A stretch of DNA of 60,414 nucleotides from Bacteroidia bacterium (GTDB lineage: Bacteria; Bacteroidota; Bacteroidia; M30B66): positions 1 through 60,414 of the forward strand of contig JBBEBC010000149.1 in NCBI GenBank assembly GCA_040882555.1, read 5' to 3'. The notes under the pieces were generated by a model, which saw only the letters and a list, made by a program, of their open reading frames with translations, ran no database searches and was not told the DNA's origin. This document shows, piece by piece, positions 37,092-50,885 of the stretch. A program made the translations under genes and the position numbers. Within the stretch, counting starts at the first letter, position 1; every line of letters starts with the position of its first letter.

Positions 37092-38171
37092 ATGATTAAC
37101 GTAACTAAGTCGTTTCTCCCTGATTTGGAGGAATATGTAAAATATTTAGAGGGCATCTGGGAACGAGGACATCTCACGAATCATGGTCCGCTTGTGCTTG
37201 AACTAGAGTCAAAACTCAGAGATTATCTAGGGGTTAAGCACTTTTTCTTTGTAAATAATGGCACAATTGCTCTACAGATTGCGATAAAAGCCTTGGGTTT
37301 AAAAGATGAAGTAATCACAACACCTTTTTCATACGTTGCTACTACGAGCAGTTTGGTTTGGGAGGGTTGTAAACCTGTGTTTGCCGATATTCACCCAAGA
37401 ACCATGACTATTAATGCTGATACGATTTCCTCGGTTATTAGTGATAAGACAACTGGCATTTTGGCAACCCATGTTTATGGAAACCCTTGTCCTGTCGAGG
37501 AAATTACAGAATTAGCTCACTCAAAGGGCTTGAAAGTAATTTACGATGCTGCACATGCTTTTGGTGTAAATTATAATGGGAAGTCGGTTCTTAACTATGG
37601 TGATATTTCTACTTTAAGCTTTCACGCTACTAAACTCTTTCATACTATAGAAGGAGGTGGAATTGTTACCAACGATGATGATCTGGCTCATAAAATCAGT
37701 TATATGAGAAACTTCGGGCACAATGGACCAGAGAAGTTTTTTGGTGTTGGCGTTAATGGAAAAAGTTCTGAATTTCAAGCAGCGATGGGGCTTTGCGTTT
37801 TACCTAAAATTGATTTAATCATTAGTAGGAGAAAATCCATTAGTGATTTGTATAAGGAAAATCTAGCTGGCTTAAATCTTCAACACCTTGAAATCCACAA
37901 GGGAACAAGCTCATACAACTATGCTTATTTTCCAGTAGTTTTTAGCACAGAGGAAGATTTATTAAAGGTTGTTAAAGCCTTACAGGCGGAAGGTATTACT
38001 CCGAGGAGATACTTCTACCCTTCGTTGAATACTTTGGATTATGTTGAAAATAATTTGAACAATTCTGTAGCTGAAGACATTGCAAAAAGAGTTCTATGTT
38101 TACCTATGTATCCTGACTTATCCAACGAGGAAGTAAATACGATTACATCTATTATTACTTCCTTCCTATGA
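37092..38171 (+). CDS. DegT/DnrJ/EryC1/StrS-family PLP-dependent sugar aminotransferase
   Basis: 359 aa. The motif LSFHATKLF contains the PLP-binding lysine, and the N-terminus has family-typical motifs. Confidence 0.88.
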   Translation: MINVTKSFLPDLEEYVKYLEGIWERGHLTNHGPLVLELESKLRDYLGVKHFFFVNNGTIALQIAIKALGLKDEVITTPFSYVATTSSLVWEGCKPVFADIHPRTMTINADTISSVISDKTTGILATHVYGNPCPVEEITELAHSKGLKVIYDAAHAFGVNYNGKSVLNYGDISTLSFHATKLFHTIEGGGIVTNDDDLAHKISYMRNFGHNGPEKFFGVGVNGKSSEFQAAMGLCVLPKIDLIISRRKSISDLYKENLAGLNLQHLEIHKGTSSYNYAYFPVVFSTEEDLLKVVKALQAEGITPRRYFYPSLNTLDYVENNLNNSVAEDIAKRVLCLPMYPDLSNEEVNTITSIITSFL

Positions 38172-38800
38172 TCATATTTGGAGCAGGTGGTTTTGCCAAA
38201 CAGCTAATTCCTTCACTAGAAAGACTAGGTGTATTGCAGCTATGTGTTTTTTATGATGATGTAAGCGATGGCAGCAACTCTTTCATACATCAAAACTTTA
38301 AGGTTTTGAAAACTGAAGAAGCACTGAGTGCTGAAATAGCAAAAGGAAATGACGAATTTGTTATTGCGCTTGGTAATCCTGCAACGAGAAAGTCTATGTA
38401 TGAGAAAGCAATTGGATTCAATGCAAAGCCTAGAAGTATAGTTGATAGCCAAACTAGCATTTCTAATTTTGGTCTTGACCTAGGTGAGGGAGTTGTGATA
38501 TTGGAAGATGTAATTATTGAACCTTGCAATTCCATTGGGAAGGGCACTTTATTGAATTTAAGAGTCATGGTAACGCATGATTGCAGGGTTGGAAATTTCT
38601 GTGAAATATCTCCGGGCAGCATGCTTTTAGGAGGTTGTGAAGTTGGTGATAACACATTTGTAGGAGCCGGATCTATAATTTTGCCAAAGGTGAAAGTCGG
38701 AAAGAATTGTGTCATTGGAGCTGGCTCTGTTGTAAATAAAAACTTACCCGATCATTCACATGTAGCGGGTGCACCTGCTAAACCATTGCATTTGAAATAA
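38168..38800 (+). CDS. NeuD/PglD-family sugar N-/O-acetyltransferase (hexapeptide-repeat, left-handed beta-helix)
   Basis: The N-terminal IIFGAGGFAKQ is Rossmann-like, and the C-terminus has hexapeptide repeats. It overlaps the upstream stop (ATGA). Confidence 0.85.
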   Translation: MIIFGAGGFAKQLIPSLERLGVLQLCVFYDDVSDGSNSFIHQNFKVLKTEEALSAEIAKGNDEFVIALGNPATRKSMYEKAIGFNAKPRSIVDSQTSISNFGLDLGEGVVILEDVIIEPCNSIGKGTLLNLRVMVTHDCRVGNFCEISPGSMLLGGCEVGDNTFVGAGSIILPKVKVGKNCVIGAGSVVNKNLPDHSHVAGAPAKPLHLK

Positions 38801-39765
38801 TGAAACTACTTTCGTTTATACTTCCTGTTTTTAGGAATGAAGGCTCGATAAAAATAACCTGCGATAGGTTAGAAGAGCTTATGAGTGCGGAGCATTCTGA
38901 TTTGCACTATGAAATTATTCTAATCAATGATGGCTCTGATGATGGCTCTTGGGATGAAATATCTCATGTTGCTAAAGAAAACCCTAAAATAAAGGCTCTC
39001 TCTTTTTCAAGAAATTTTGGACAAGTACCTGCAATTATTGCTGGCTCGAGGCATTGTTCTGGTGAGGCAGCTGTTATAATGTCTGCTGATCTTCAAGACC
39101 CTGTTAGTCTGATAAGCGAAATGATAGATTCTTGGAAACAATCAGCACAAATAGCTATTTGTTATAGAATTGACAGAGAAGATTCAGCCATTGCAAATCT
39201 AACTTCATCTGTTTTTTATAGATTCATGAAGATTGCTAATCCTAAAATGCCAAAAGGAGGCTTCGATTTCGTTTTACTAGACAGAGCCGCAATTGATGTT
39301 TTTGCGCAATTGGATGAAAGAAATCGCTTTTTCCAAGGAGATATACTTTGGATGGGATTTAATGTTCGATTTATTCCATATAAAAGAATGAAAAGAACTA
39401 TCGGCAAATCACAATGGGGTTTTGGTAAAAAACTAAAATACTTTATAGATGGGTCACTAAATACGTCCTATCTGCCAATTAGATTTATGTCGGTGGCAGG
39501 GGTTTCTGTTGCACTTCTAGGATTTCTTTATGCCCTGGTGGTAGTTTATGCCCGCTTTGTAAATGAAGTTCCATTCAAGGGCTACGCTCCTATTGTTATT
39601 TTGCTCCTTGTAATCGGTGGAATGATCATGCTTATGCTAGGCATCATTGGTGAATATCTTTGGAGAATTTATGACGAAGCCAGAAAAAGGCCGGTTTACA
39701 TTATTAAAGAGAAGTTAGGGAAATGGGATTCTGCGAACGAACCGTCAGGGAATAAGCAGACTTGA
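38800..39765 (+). CDS. GT2 polyprenyl-phosphate glycosyltransferase (GtrB/ArnC/DPM1-like)
   Basis: Contains LINDGSDDGS and SADLQDP motifs plus two C-terminal TM helices. It overlaps the upstream stop. Confidence 0.85.
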   Translation: MKLLSFILPVFRNEGSIKITCDRLEELMSAEHSDLHYEIILINDGSDDGSWDEISHVAKENPKIKALSFSRNFGQVPAIIAGSRHCSGEAAVIMSADLQDPVSLISEMIDSWKQSAQIAICYRIDREDSAIANLTSSVFYRFMKIANPKMPKGGFDFVLLDRAAIDVFAQLDERNRFFQGDILWMGFNVRFIPYKRMKRTIGKSQWGFGKKLKYFIDGSLNTSYLPIRFMSVAGVSVALLGFLYALVVVYARFVNEVPFKGYAPIVILLLVIGGMIMLMLGIIGEYLWRIYDEARKRPVYIIKEKLGKWDSANEPSGNKQT

Positions 39766-41168
39766 ATCTGCTCTAACTGACTTTAATTTAAAGTAGTTTG
39801 AAACAAGTCTATTTCTATCTTCCTCAGGATTACTAGTTAAGTCTGCAATGAAGATTGTGTAGGGAATGTTTTTAATTGGTGCAACAACTAAGTCTTTATT
39901 TTCTGAAGCTTCAAATAAGTTGAATCGCTCTTCCATAGCTTGCTCATAAGCAGCCGCATTTCCCGACATCCAATCCCTGAAAGCTGATTGGATTTTATTA
40001 GGTAAGATAAGTTGAAGTCCGATGTACATAACCGTAATTCCAAAAAAGCTCAAGCCTAGGAAAGGTGATTCAGCCCTCTTAACCTTAAAAAAAGCGATGC
40101 AAATAGAAAGGAAACCCAACCAACCGGCTATAAAAATGAATTGTGTTAGGTTAAGAACTCGTCCAGGCATATATAAAATCCCTGCTTTATAGATAAAGGG
40201 TAAGTGCAAAATGAAATACAAGCCGAGCCAAGCAAACAAATAACCTAAAATGGCAATTGGTTTAATGTTGGTTTCATTTTTAAAATTAAGCCCTGAAACT
40301 ATCCATAGAAAAACCATAGATACGATTAAGAAAGGGCTCTTTAGTAAAAGGGGAAGAAGCTGACCCTTGATTATAAGCAATGCGCTTTTAATAGTAAATA
40401 CAATATTACCTGGCTGAGCTCCAGTTATTTCATGCATTACAGATGAACGATTTGTATTACCCGGGGAGAACAAAGAAAATAAGGAGAATCCCAAAGCCAA
40501 GGCTGAAATTATTAATTCAGTCCTACTAATTTTCTTTCTATTGATCAACCTTAGAAAAAGTGTAGCGAATAAAATTGATAGAAAAATGAGTAATGCTATT
40601 TCACAAGTTCCTGGAATGAGCGCTGCCAATATCGAAAGCAATATCTTAGACTTTGGATTTGAATTAATATCTTCAGTCCAAAAAATAGCAAAGAATAGTA
40701 TATTTAGCATTAAACCTAGCTGATAGGAAAAAGTAGCTGGAATCCAATAAAAGGCTTCTGCTGGAGATGGAAGCTGCCAATAAAACAGAACTAAGAAGCT
40801 GCAAAACAAAATAGCTTTCTTAAGGACTGAAGTATCTTTTGGCATTACCCTGCTTAAGAAGAAGTAACTTGAGCTAAGAAATGCAATTTGAATAACAACT
40901 GCTACAAGCCCCATCATCTCTACGTTTCTATAAACAATTGGATGAAAAATGCTCATCAATGCATGAGCAGTATATCTGCCTGTCCAACTGGTGTACCAAG
41001 AAACCTGAGCTTCAAAAAAGTTGAATTTATCTAGAACTGCCCAAACAGAGAAATCATCATATTGAGGTTGGATATAACTACTTAATGCAAAAAAGGGCAT
41101 TGTGCATAAAAGCAAGATTATTCCTACAAATGCAATTTGAGTTAGTTTCTCAATTACTGATAACTTCA

Positions 41169-41169
<1 letters not shown>
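39745..41169 (-). CDS. Polytopic membrane protein, GT-C-fold-like (ArnT/GtrC-type candidate glycosyltransferase)
   Basis: 474 aa with more than 10 TM segments. The acidic motif QPQYDDFS sits in the first extracytoplasmic loop. Family assignment is inferred, not recognised. Confidence 0.5.
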
Positions 41170-43603
<2,434 letters not shown>

Positions 43604-43618
43604 TTGGGGCTGTAAGTT

Positions 43619-43654
43619 CAAAAAAAAAGGATAAAACCAAGTGGCTTTATCCTT
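43619..43654 (-). terminator. Hairpin plus T-run downstream of rplQ (possibly a partial terminator before carA)
   Basis: 9-bp stem AAGGATAAA/TTTATCCTT with a 10-nt loop. On the minus strand it is followed by a T-run of about 8. Confidence 0.45.
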
Positions 43655-43680
43655 CTAAAATGTTCACAATTGAAATTTCA

Positions 43681-44289
43681 TTATTCAGCTGTTTTACCTT
43701 CTTCAGAATCTGTCTCAGCATTTTCATCAGGAGAAGCCTCAGTATCAGGCTCTGGTGAAGCTTTAGCTTCTGCCTTAGGCGCTTCAGCTACTTCTTCAGA
43801 CGTTGTTGGAGCTTCAACTACTTCATCAGATGTTGCTGCGGCTTCTGCTTTTGGAGCATCCACTTTTTTCTTAGCACCAGCACGTCTAGTTTTCTTTTCA
43901 GTTTTTGGTTTAGAGTCTTTCTTAAGATTCTCGTTATAATCAACAAGTTCAATAAGTGCCATTTCAGCATTATCTCCTAAACGATTGCCCAATTTGATAA
44001 TACGAGTATATCCACCTGGACGATCTGCTATTTTCACAGAAATATCGCGAAAAAGCTCACTAACTGCATTTTTATCTTTAAGATAAGAGAAAACTGTCCT
44101 GCGGCTATGCGTAGTATCTTCTTTTGATTTGGTAAGCAATGGCTCAACAAAAACTCTTAAAGCTTTAGCCTTCGCAAGCGTTGTATTAATCCTTTTATGA
44201 AGGATTAGGGAACTAGCCATATTGGCCATCATCGCTTTACGATGAGGTGCTTTGCGGCTTAGGTGATTGAGTTTTTTACCGTGTCTCAT
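43681..44289 (-). CDS. rplQ: 50S ribosomal protein L17 with a ~75-aa Ala/Glu/Thr-rich C-terminal extension
   Basis: [24 protein letters not shown]... is canonical for bL17. The tail contains TSDEVVEAP and TSEEVAEAP repeats. Confidence 0.95.
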   Translation of the reverse strand: MRHGKKLNHLSRKAPHRKAMMANMASSLILHKRINTTLAKAKALRVFVEPLLTKSKEDTTHSRRTVFSYLKDKNAVSELFRDISVKIADRPGGYTRIIKLGNRLGDNAEMALIELVDYNENLKKDSKPKTEKKTRRAGAKKKVDAPKAEAAATSDEVVEAPTTSEEVAEAPKAEAKASPEPDTEASPDENAETDSEEGKTAE

Positions 44290-44333
44290 GATTCTTTTGT
44301 GTGATCTTCAGCCCAAAGGGCATGAACGTTATA

Positions 44334-45326
44334 TTATTCTTTGTCTAGTTTATATTTCGAGAGGTTCATCCCGAAAGTTAATTGTTTGCTTTGAACTAGC
44401 TCTTCTAATTCAGTCAAAGACTTCTTACCAAAGTTTCTGAATTTTAAAAGGTCATTCTTGTTGTAAGAAACCAAATCAGCGATTGTATCCACATCAGCTG
44501 CTTTAAGGCAGTTTAGAGCACGAACTGAAAGATCCATATCAACAAGACGCGTCTTCAATAGTTGACGCATGTGAAGGATATCTTCATCGAATTCCTCAGT
44601 AGTTACTTTTTCTTCAATGTCTTCCGTAATTTTCTCATCTGAGAATAACATGAAGTGCTGAATTAGAATTTTAGCAGCTTCTTTCAAGGCATCTTTTGGA
44701 TGAATTGAACCATCGCTAGTAATTTCAAGAATCAATTTTTCATAATCCGTTTTTTGTTCTACACGGTAGTTTTCGACCATGTACTTAACGTTACGGATTG
44801 GGGTATAAATTGAGTCTATTGGAATAACTCCAATTTGCTGTGTTGAAGGTTTATTTTCTTCAGCAGGAACATAACCTCTACCCTTATCAATGGTAATTTC
44901 CATTTTAAGGTTAACGCTAGGGTCCATTTGACAAATCACAAAATCATGATTTAGTACCTGAAACGAGGAAGTAAATTTTCCGATATCTCCAGCTGTAAGT
45001 TGGTTTTGACCGCTCACTTGAACTACTACCTTCTCATGTTCAGTTGAATCAATTTGACGCTTAAAGCGAACTTGCTTCAGATTAAGAATGAATTCTGTAA
45101 CATCCTCAACTACTCCTTTAATTGTAGAAAACTCGTGCTCAACACCCTCAATTTTCACAGAGGTGATTGCAAAGCCTTCCAATGAAGAAAGAAGAATTCG
45201 GCGTAATGCATTGCCGACAGTGATTCCATATCCTGGTTCAAGGGGTCTGAACTCGAACTGACCGTGAGTGTCAGTTGATGTAATCATAATTACCTTGTCA
45301 GGACGTTGAAATGCCAATATTGCCAT
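44334..45326 (-). CDS. rpoA: DNA-directed RNA polymerase alpha subunit
   Basis: 330 aa with a [11 protein letters not shown] motif, in the expected alpha-operon position. Confidence 0.97.
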   Translation of the reverse strand: MAILAFQRPDKVIMITSTDTHGQFEFRPLEPGYGITVGNALRRILLSSLEGFAITSVKIEGVEHEFSTIKGVVEDVTEFILNLKQVRFKRQIDSTEHEKVVVQVSGQNQLTAGDIGKFTSSFQVLNHDFVICQMDPSVNLKMEITIDKGRGYVPAEENKPSTQQIGVIPIDSIYTPIRNVKYMVENYRVEQKTDYEKLILEITSDGSIHPKDALKEAAKILIQHFMLFSDEKITEDIEEKVTTEEFDEDILHMRQLLKTRLVDMDLSVRALNCLKAADVDTIADLVSYNKNDLLKFRNFGKKSLTELEELVQSKQLTFGMNLSKYKLDKE

Positions 45327-45370
45327 GTTATTGTAAGGTTTGAATGGTGAGAAAAATGAAATTGATCGAA

Positions 45371-45976
45371 TTACTTAGAATACAATTCCACAATTAATTG
45401 CTCCTTGATATTCTCAGGGATAAGTTCTCTTTCAGGAAAATTAAGGAAAGTTCCTGTTAAAGAAGAAACATTGAATTCTATCCAAGAGTATTTGTTTGTA
45501 TGTCCAGCTAGAGATGAACCAATAACTTCTAAAGACTTTGACTTTTCGCGAACAGCAACTTTATCACCTGGTTTTAAGGTATAAGAAGGGATGTTGACAA
45601 CACCTCCATTAACCGTAATATGACGGTGAGAAACTAATTGACGAGCTCCAGAACGAGTTGGAGCGATGCCCATGCGGAAGACAACATTATCAAGGCGAGC
45701 TTCGATAAGCTTAAGAAGCATTTCACCTGTTACTCCCTGCGCACGATTTGCACGATCAAAGATTAAAGCGAATTGTTTTTCAAGGATTCCGTAAGTATAT
45801 TTAGCTTTTTGCTTTTCCTGAAGCTGAACACCGTATTCCGAAACTTTATTTCTACGTTTTGAATTTCCGTGTTGCCCGGGAGGATAATTTTTCTTTGTAA
45901 GAACCTTATCCGGTCCGAAAATAGGCTCACGAAACTTGCGAGCAATTTTTGATTTAGGGCCGATATATCTTGCCAT
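45371..45976 (-). CDS. rpsD: 30S ribosomal protein S4
   Basis: [15 protein letters not shown]... 201 aa. Confidence 0.97.
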   Translation of the reverse strand: MARYIGPKSKIARKFREPIFGPDKVLTKKNYPPGQHGNSKRRNKVSEYGVQLQEKQKAKYTYGILEKQFALIFDRANRAQGVTGEMLLKLIEARLDNVVFRMGIAPTRSGARQLVSHRHITVNGGVVNIPSYTLKPGDKVAVREKSKSLEVIGSSLAGHTNKYSWIEFNVSSLTGTFLNFPERELIPENIKEQLIVELYSK

Positions 45977-45997
45977 TTCTTAAATTTTATTGATTGA

Positions 45998-46387
45998 TTA
46001 AACGCGGCGACGCTTTGGTGGGCGACATCCATTGTGTGGAACTGGAGTAACATCTACAATTTCACTTACTTCGATGCCACTGTTGTGGATTGTACGAATT
46101 GCAGATTCGCGACCGCCTCCTGGGCCTTTTACAAATACTTTCACTTTACGTAATCCTAAATCGTAAGCTACTTTAGAGCAATCTCCAGCAGCCATTTGAC
46201 CAGCATAAGGTGTGTTTTTCTTTGATCCGCGGAATCCCATCTTGCCTGCAGAACTCCAGGAAATAACCTGGCCGCCCGTGTTGGTGAGGGAAATAATAAT
46301 GTTGTTAAAAGTAGCATTAATGTGAGCGTGACCCACTGCTTCAACTTTTACAACTCGCTTCTTGGTTGTTTTTGATGATTTAGCCAT
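45998..46387 (-). CDS. rpsK: 30S ribosomal protein S11
   Basis: C-terminal [18 protein letters not shown]. Confidence 0.97.
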   Translation of the reverse strand: MAKSSKTTKKRVVKVEAVGHAHINATFNNIIISLTNTGGQVISWSSAGKMGFRGSKKNTPYAGQMAAGDCSKVAYDLGLRKVKVFVKGPGGGRESAIRTIHNSGIEVSEIVDVTPVPHNGCRPPKRRRV

Positions 46388-46422
46388 TTTTCGGTGTTAT
46401 CAATCGTTATAGATTGGAAGGA

Positions 46423-46800
46423 TTACTTAGTTACCTTCTTTTTGTTAGCAACTGTTTTCTTCTTACCTTTTCTTGTACGTGCATTATTCTTGGTAGTCTG
46501 ACCACGAACAGGAAGTCCTGAACGATGACGAATCCCACGGTAAGAACCGATATCCATCAAACGCTTAATGTTAAGTTGAACTTCAGAACGAAGAGCACCC
46601 TCAACTTTAAAATTGTTATTGATAATATCTCTGATTTTACCCAGTTCATCATCATCCCAATCAGACACTTTCTTATCGAAAGAAATTTCTGCTTGTGTAA
46701 GAATGTTTTGTGCAGTAGAACGGCCTATTCCATAGATATAGGTTAATCCGATTTCTCCGCGCTTATTTTTTGGAAGGTCAATTCCCGATATACGAGCCAT
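46423..46800 (-). CDS. rpsM: 30S ribosomal protein S13
   Basis: [14 protein letters not shown]... Confidence 0.97.
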   Translation of the reverse strand: MARISGIDLPKNKRGEIGLTYIYGIGRSTAQNILTQAEISFDKKVSDWDDDELGKIRDIINNNFKVEGALRSEVQLNIKRLMDIGSYRGIRHRSGLPVRGQTTKNNARTRKGKKKTVANKKKVTK

Positions 46801-46818
46801 TTCTTTTTCTTTTAATTC

Positions 46819-46935
46819 TTAACCTTGACGTTGTTTGAATTTAGGATTCTTTTTGTTGATTACATAAAGTCTCCCTTTGCGGCGTACAATCTTGCACTCC
46901 ACACTCCTTTTTTTGATGGAGGTTCTTACTTTCAT
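46819..46935 (-). CDS. rpmJ: 50S ribosomal protein L36 (absent from the ORF track)
   Basis: Hand translation gives [38 protein letters not shown]. It lies between infA and rpsM, as expected. Confidence 0.93.
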   Translation of the reverse strand: MKVRTSIKKRSVECKIVRRKGRLYVINKKNPKFKQRQG

Positions 46936-46943
46936 TTTTCTAT

Positions 46944-47162
46944 TTATTTGTAACGATAAGTTATTCGGCCTTTTGTTAAGTCATAAGGTGACATTTCAAC
47001 CTTTACCTTATCGCCAGGTAAAATCTTTATGTAGTGCATGCGCATCTTACCTGAAATATGCGCAATTATGACATGCTCATTCTCAAGTTCAACACGAAAC
47101 ATTGCGTTTGACAATGCTTCGATAATTGTTCCGTCCTGTTCAATTGACGATTGCTTTGGCAC
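46944..47162 (-). CDS. infA: Translation initiation factor IF-1
   Basis: 72 aa with the S1-like sequence [16 protein letters not shown]. Confidence 0.96.
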   Translation of the reverse strand: MPKQSSIEQDGTIIEALSNAMFRVELENEHVIIAHISGKMRMHYIKILPGDKVKVEMSPYDLTKGRITYRYK

Positions 47163-47182
47163 TATATATTATATTTTAAAAA

Positions 47183-47974
47183 TTAAACTATCAATTCATT
47201 TCTTTCTTTGAGAACATCTTCAACATACTTAAATGATGAAAGAATATCTGCTTCCCCTTTATGCACTGCGATGGTATGTTCAAAATGAGCTGAAGGTTTT
47301 AAATCAGCGGTTTTGATTGTCCAACCGTCTTTTCCATGCTTAACCTGCTTAGTCCCCATATTTACCATAGGTTCTATCGCGATCACTAAGCCTTCTTGCA
47401 ACTTAAGTCCAGACCCTCGTTTACCAAAATTAGCAACTTCAGGTGCTTCATGTAGGCTTTTCCCAATACCATGTCCAACCAACTCTCTTACAACACCATA
47501 TCCAGCATTTTCACAGTGTTGTTGAATTGCAAAACTAACATCTCCCAATCTCTTTCCAGCAACAGCCATTTCAATTCCTTTATAAAGACTTTCTTTAGTA
47601 GTCTTCATCAATTGTAGGACTTCAGACGAAACTTCACCAATGGCAAAAGTGTAAGCTGAATCTCCAAAGAACCCATTCATAAGAACTCCACAATCAACAG
47701 AAATTATATCACCTTCTTCAAAAGGTCTATCCGTTGGTATGCCATGAACAACTTGTTCATTAGGAGAAACACAAAGTGCATTTGGAAAACCACCATACCC
47801 TTTAAAGGCAGGTACTCCTCCATTATCCCTGATGAATTCGTCGGCTATTTTATCAATCTTTAGGGCATTAACTCCAGGTTCAATAACCTTAGCAACTTCG
47901 GCTAATGCGCGGGCAACAAGTAAAGAACTATTTCTTATGCACTCTATTTCTTCAGCTGTCTTGTAATAGATCAT
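47183..47974 (-). CDS. map: Type I methionine aminopeptidase
   Basis: Contains the metal-ligand motifs VDCGV..GFFGDSA, GHGIG and IEPM. Confidence 0.95.
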   Translation of the reverse strand: MIYYKTAEEIECIRNSSLLVARALAEVAKVIEPGVNALKIDKIADEFIRDNGGVPAFKGYGGFPNALCVSPNEQVVHGIPTDRPFEEGDIISVDCGVLMNGFFGDSAYTFAIGEVSSEVLQLMKTTKESLYKGIEMAVAGKRLGDVSFAIQQHCENAGYGVVRELVGHGIGKSLHEAPEVANFGKRGSGLKLQEGLVIAIEPMVNMGTKQVKHGKDGWTIKTADLKPSAHFEHTIAVHKGEADILSSFKYVEDVLKERNELIV

Positions 47975-47984
47975 CTAAAAAAAA

Positions 47985-49334
47985 TTAACTAGCCATGCTG
48001 ACAGGTGATGATGTTGCTCGACCCTTAAGTCGACCACTTTTCATCAAACCATCATACTGACGCATTAAAAGGTGACTTTCAATTTGCTGCAGCGTGTCGA
48101 GAATAACCCCCACTAAAATTAGAAGAGACGTTCCTCCGTAGAACTGAGCAAACTTATTTGTTACACCAATCAACATAGCCAATGCAGGCAAGATTGCAAC
48201 AATTGCTAAGAAAATAGATCCTGGCAATGTGATGCGAGACATAATATTATCAATAAAATCAGCAGTAGGCTTTCCTGGACGTATACCTGGAATAAAGCCA
48301 CCACTTCTTTTCATCTCTTCAGCCATATTCTTCGGATTCACAGTAATTGCTGTGTAGAAGTAGGTGAAAATAATGATCATCATAGCGAAAGTAAAATTGT
48401 ACCAGAAGCCGGTGATATTAGCAAAAACCGATACGAAACCCTGAAGCGACTCACTATTTGCAAAACCTGCAATAGTGATAGGAATAAACATAATCGCTTG
48501 AGCGAAAATGATTGGCATTACACCAGCAGCATTCACACGTAGTGGAATATATTGTCTAGCTCCTCCAACCTGTTGGTTACCCTGAACTCTTTTTGCAACT
48601 TGAACCGGTATTCTTCTAACACCTTGAACAAGTAAAAGAGTCATTATAACAATCAGTAATAAGATGAGTAGTTCAAGAAGGAACATAACAAGTCCACCTC
48701 CTGATTGCTCCAAACGAGATCCGAATTCTGCAACAATTGCAGAAGGTAATCCAGCTATGATACCAACCATGATAATTAAAGAAATACCATTACCAATGCC
48801 TCGATCGGTAATTTTTTCTCCAAGCCACATGATAAACATTGTACCAGCTACTAAAATGATAGTAGAAGAAATCCAGAAGAAAGCACTTGAGTCAGAAATA
48901 GCATTAGTGCCAAGCTGAGAATTAAGATTCGCTAAGTAACCTGGAGCCTGAAAACCTGTGATAATAACTGTCAGGTATCTTGTAAATTGATTAATCTTCT
49001 TTCTGCCAGATTCTCCTTCTTTTTGAAGTTTCTGAAAGTAAGGAACCGCGATTCCAAGAAGCTGAATCACAATTGAAGCAGAGATGTATGGCATTATGCC
49101 TAATGCAAAGATGGAGGCATTAGAGAATGCTCCACCTGAGAACATATTAAGCAATCCCATGATACCATCTGACGTTTGTTGCTTTAGAGCATCAAGAGCA
49201 TCAGGATTTACACCAGGCAATACCACGAACGAGCCCAGTCGATAGATGAGCAAAAAGAGTAAAGTGTTACCAATTTTATTGCGTAACTCTTCTACTTTGT
49301 ATATGTTCTTTATGGTATTGAATAAGTTCTTCAT
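47985..49334 (-). CDS. secY: Preprotein translocase subunit SecY
   Basis: 449 aa with 10 TM segments, in the expected operon position. Confidence 0.96.
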   Translation of the reverse strand: MKNLFNTIKNIYKVEELRNKIGNTLLFLLIYRLGSFVVLPGVNPDALDALKQQTSDGIMGLLNMFSGGAFSNASIFALGIMPYISASIVIQLLGIAVPYFQKLQKEGESGRKKINQFTRYLTVIITGFQAPGYLANLNSQLGTNAISDSSAFFWISSTIILVAGTMFIMWLGEKITDRGIGNGISLIIMVGIIAGLPSAIVAEFGSRLEQSGGGLVMFLLELLILLLIVIMTLLLVQGVRRIPVQVAKRVQGNQQVGGARQYIPLRVNAAGVMPIIFAQAIMFIPITIAGFANSESLQGFVSVFANITGFWYNFTFAMMIIIFTYFYTAITVNPKNMAEEMKRSGGFIPGIRPGKPTADFIDNIMSRITLPGSIFLAIVAILPALAMLIGVTNKFAQFYGGTSLLILVGVILDTLQQIESHLLMRQYDGLMKSGRLKGRATSSPVSMAS

Positions 49335-49783
49335 TAGGCAATAGTTGTTGCGCTTCCACCAGCTTTTTCAATAGCGGCTTTTGCAGTTGCAGTAAATGCA
49401 TGAACAGTTACATCAAGTTTTGCTTTCAATTCACCTCTTCCTAAAATTTTGACAAGGTCCTTCTTTCCAACGAGACCATGTTCGCGAAGAGTATCAAAAT
49501 TGATAGATTCAACTTTATTCGCTTCAACCAATTCTTGAAGAGTATCTAAGTTAATCCCTCTGTATTCAACTCTGTTGATGTTCTTAAATCCAAACTTAGG
49601 AACACGTCTTTGAAGTGGCATTTGACCACCTTCAAAACCTACTTTACTTGAATAACCAGAGCGAGATTTAGCTCCTTTGTGTCCACGGGTGGAAGTTCCA
49701 CCACGACCTGAACCTTGACCACGTCCAATTCTTTTATTGGCCTTAACTGATCCTCTTGCTGGTTTTAAATTACTAAGATTCAT
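49334..49783 (-). CDS. rplO: 50S ribosomal protein L15
   Basis: MNLSNLKPARGS...GRGQGSGRGGTS. Confidence 0.96.
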   Translation of the reverse strand: MNLSNLKPARGSVKANKRIGRGQGSGRGGTSTRGHKGAKSRSGYSSKVGFEGGQMPLQRRVPKFGFKNINRVEYRGINLDTLQELVEANKVESINFDTLREHGLVGKKDLVKILGRGELKAKLDVTVHAFTATAKAAIEKAGGSATTIA

Positions 49784-49798
49784 CTCAATATATCTTTA

Positions 49799-49978
49799 TT
49801 AGATTTCCTCAATAGAAATCAAGTGTTTTACTTTATCCACCATACCCAAAATTTGAGGAGTAGCTTCATGCTCTACTGGTGTGTGCATTTTACGAATACC
49901 TAAAGCTCTAAGAGTTCTCTTTTGACGCTCAGGACGGTCGATACCGCTTTTAATTTGCTTAATTCTAAGTTTCGACAT
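49799..49978 (-). CDS. rpmD: 50S ribosomal protein L30 (absent from the ORF track)
   Basis: Hand translation gives MSKLRIKQIKSGIDRPERQKRTLRALGIRKMHTPVEHEATPQILGMVDKVKHLISIEEI*, 59 aa. Confidence 0.92.
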   Translation of the reverse strand: MSKLRIKQIKSGIDRPERQKRTLRALGIRKMHTPVEHEATPQILGMVDKVKHLISIEEI

Positions 49979-49989
49979 GATGTCCAGAT

Positions 49990-50508
49990 TTAACCGTTGA
50001 ATACTTTTTCCATAGAGATTCCACGTTGTTGAGCAACAGTGGCAGCATCTCTCATTAGTGCAAGTGCATTTATAGTAGCTTTCACTACGTTGTGAGGGTT
50101 TGAACTACCTTTTGATTTTGCTAGTACATCGGTAATTCCAACACTTTCAAGAACAGCTCTCATTGCACCACCAGCTATAACACCAGTTCCATGAGCAGCA
50201 GGCTTAAGGAAGACAAGAGCCCCACCAAATTTACCAAGTTGCTCATGAGGCACAGTTCCATTAATAACAGGCACTTTAATCAATGACTTCTTTGCGTCGT
50301 CAATACCCTTAGTAATTGCATCAGTTACTTCCTTTGCTTTTCCAAGACCATGACCAACGATACCATTTTCGTTACCTACAACTACGATAGCTGAGAAAGT
50401 AAAAGCACGACCACCTTTAGTAACTTTGGTAACACGCTGTATACCGACTAATTTGTCTTTTAGTTCAATTTCGCTAGAGCGTACTCGTTTAATTGTTGCG
50501 TTTGCCAT
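49990..50508 (-). CDS. rpsE: 30S ribosomal protein S5
   Basis: Contains [21 protein letters not shown]. Confidence 0.97.
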   Translation of the reverse strand: MANATIKRVRSSEIELKDKLVGIQRVTKVTKGGRAFTFSAIVVVGNENGIVGHGLGKAKEVTDAITKGIDDAKKSLIKVPVINGTVPHEQLGKFGGALVFLKPAAHGTGVIAGGAMRAVLESVGITDVLAKSKGSSNPHNVVKATINALALMRDAATVAQQRGISMEKVFNG

Positions 50509-50513
50509 TATGA

Positions 50514-50870
50514 TTAAAATTTAAGTCCTCCTTCGCGAGCACCTTCTGCCAATGATTTAATTCTACCGTGATACAAATAACCGTTTCTGTCAAATTTCAC
50601 CTGATCGATTCCTTTCTCAATAGCTTTGGCTGCAATTGCCTTTCCTACAAGAGAAGCTTTTTCAATTTTAGTCGCTTTTTTAGAAGCGATGTCTGACTCA
50701 GATGAAGAAGCAGAAAGGATTGTTGTTCCCTTCAAATCATCAATAAGCTGTACGTATATTTCCTTATTGCTTCTGAAGACACTAAGGCGAGGAGTTGTTT
50801 CACTTCCTGAAACCACTTTGCGAACTCTTTTCTTAATTCGTTCTCTTCTATATTCTTTTGTGATAGCCAT
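50514..50870 (-). CDS. rplR: 50S ribosomal protein L18
   Basis: C-terminal [26 protein letters not shown]. Confidence 0.97.
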   Translation of the reverse strand: MAITKEYRRERIKKRVRKVVSGSETTPRLSVFRSNKEIYVQLIDDLKGTTILSASSSESDIASKKATKIEKASLVGKAIAAKAIEKGIDQVKFDRNGYLYHGRIKSLAEGAREGGLKF

Positions 50871-50885
50871 GATCTTTGATAATTC

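Noticed and set aside
43670-43939. 89-aa plus-strand Ala/Ser-rich ORF
   Set aside because: It is antisense to the repetitive Ala/Glu tail of rplQ, so it is a low-complexity artefact.
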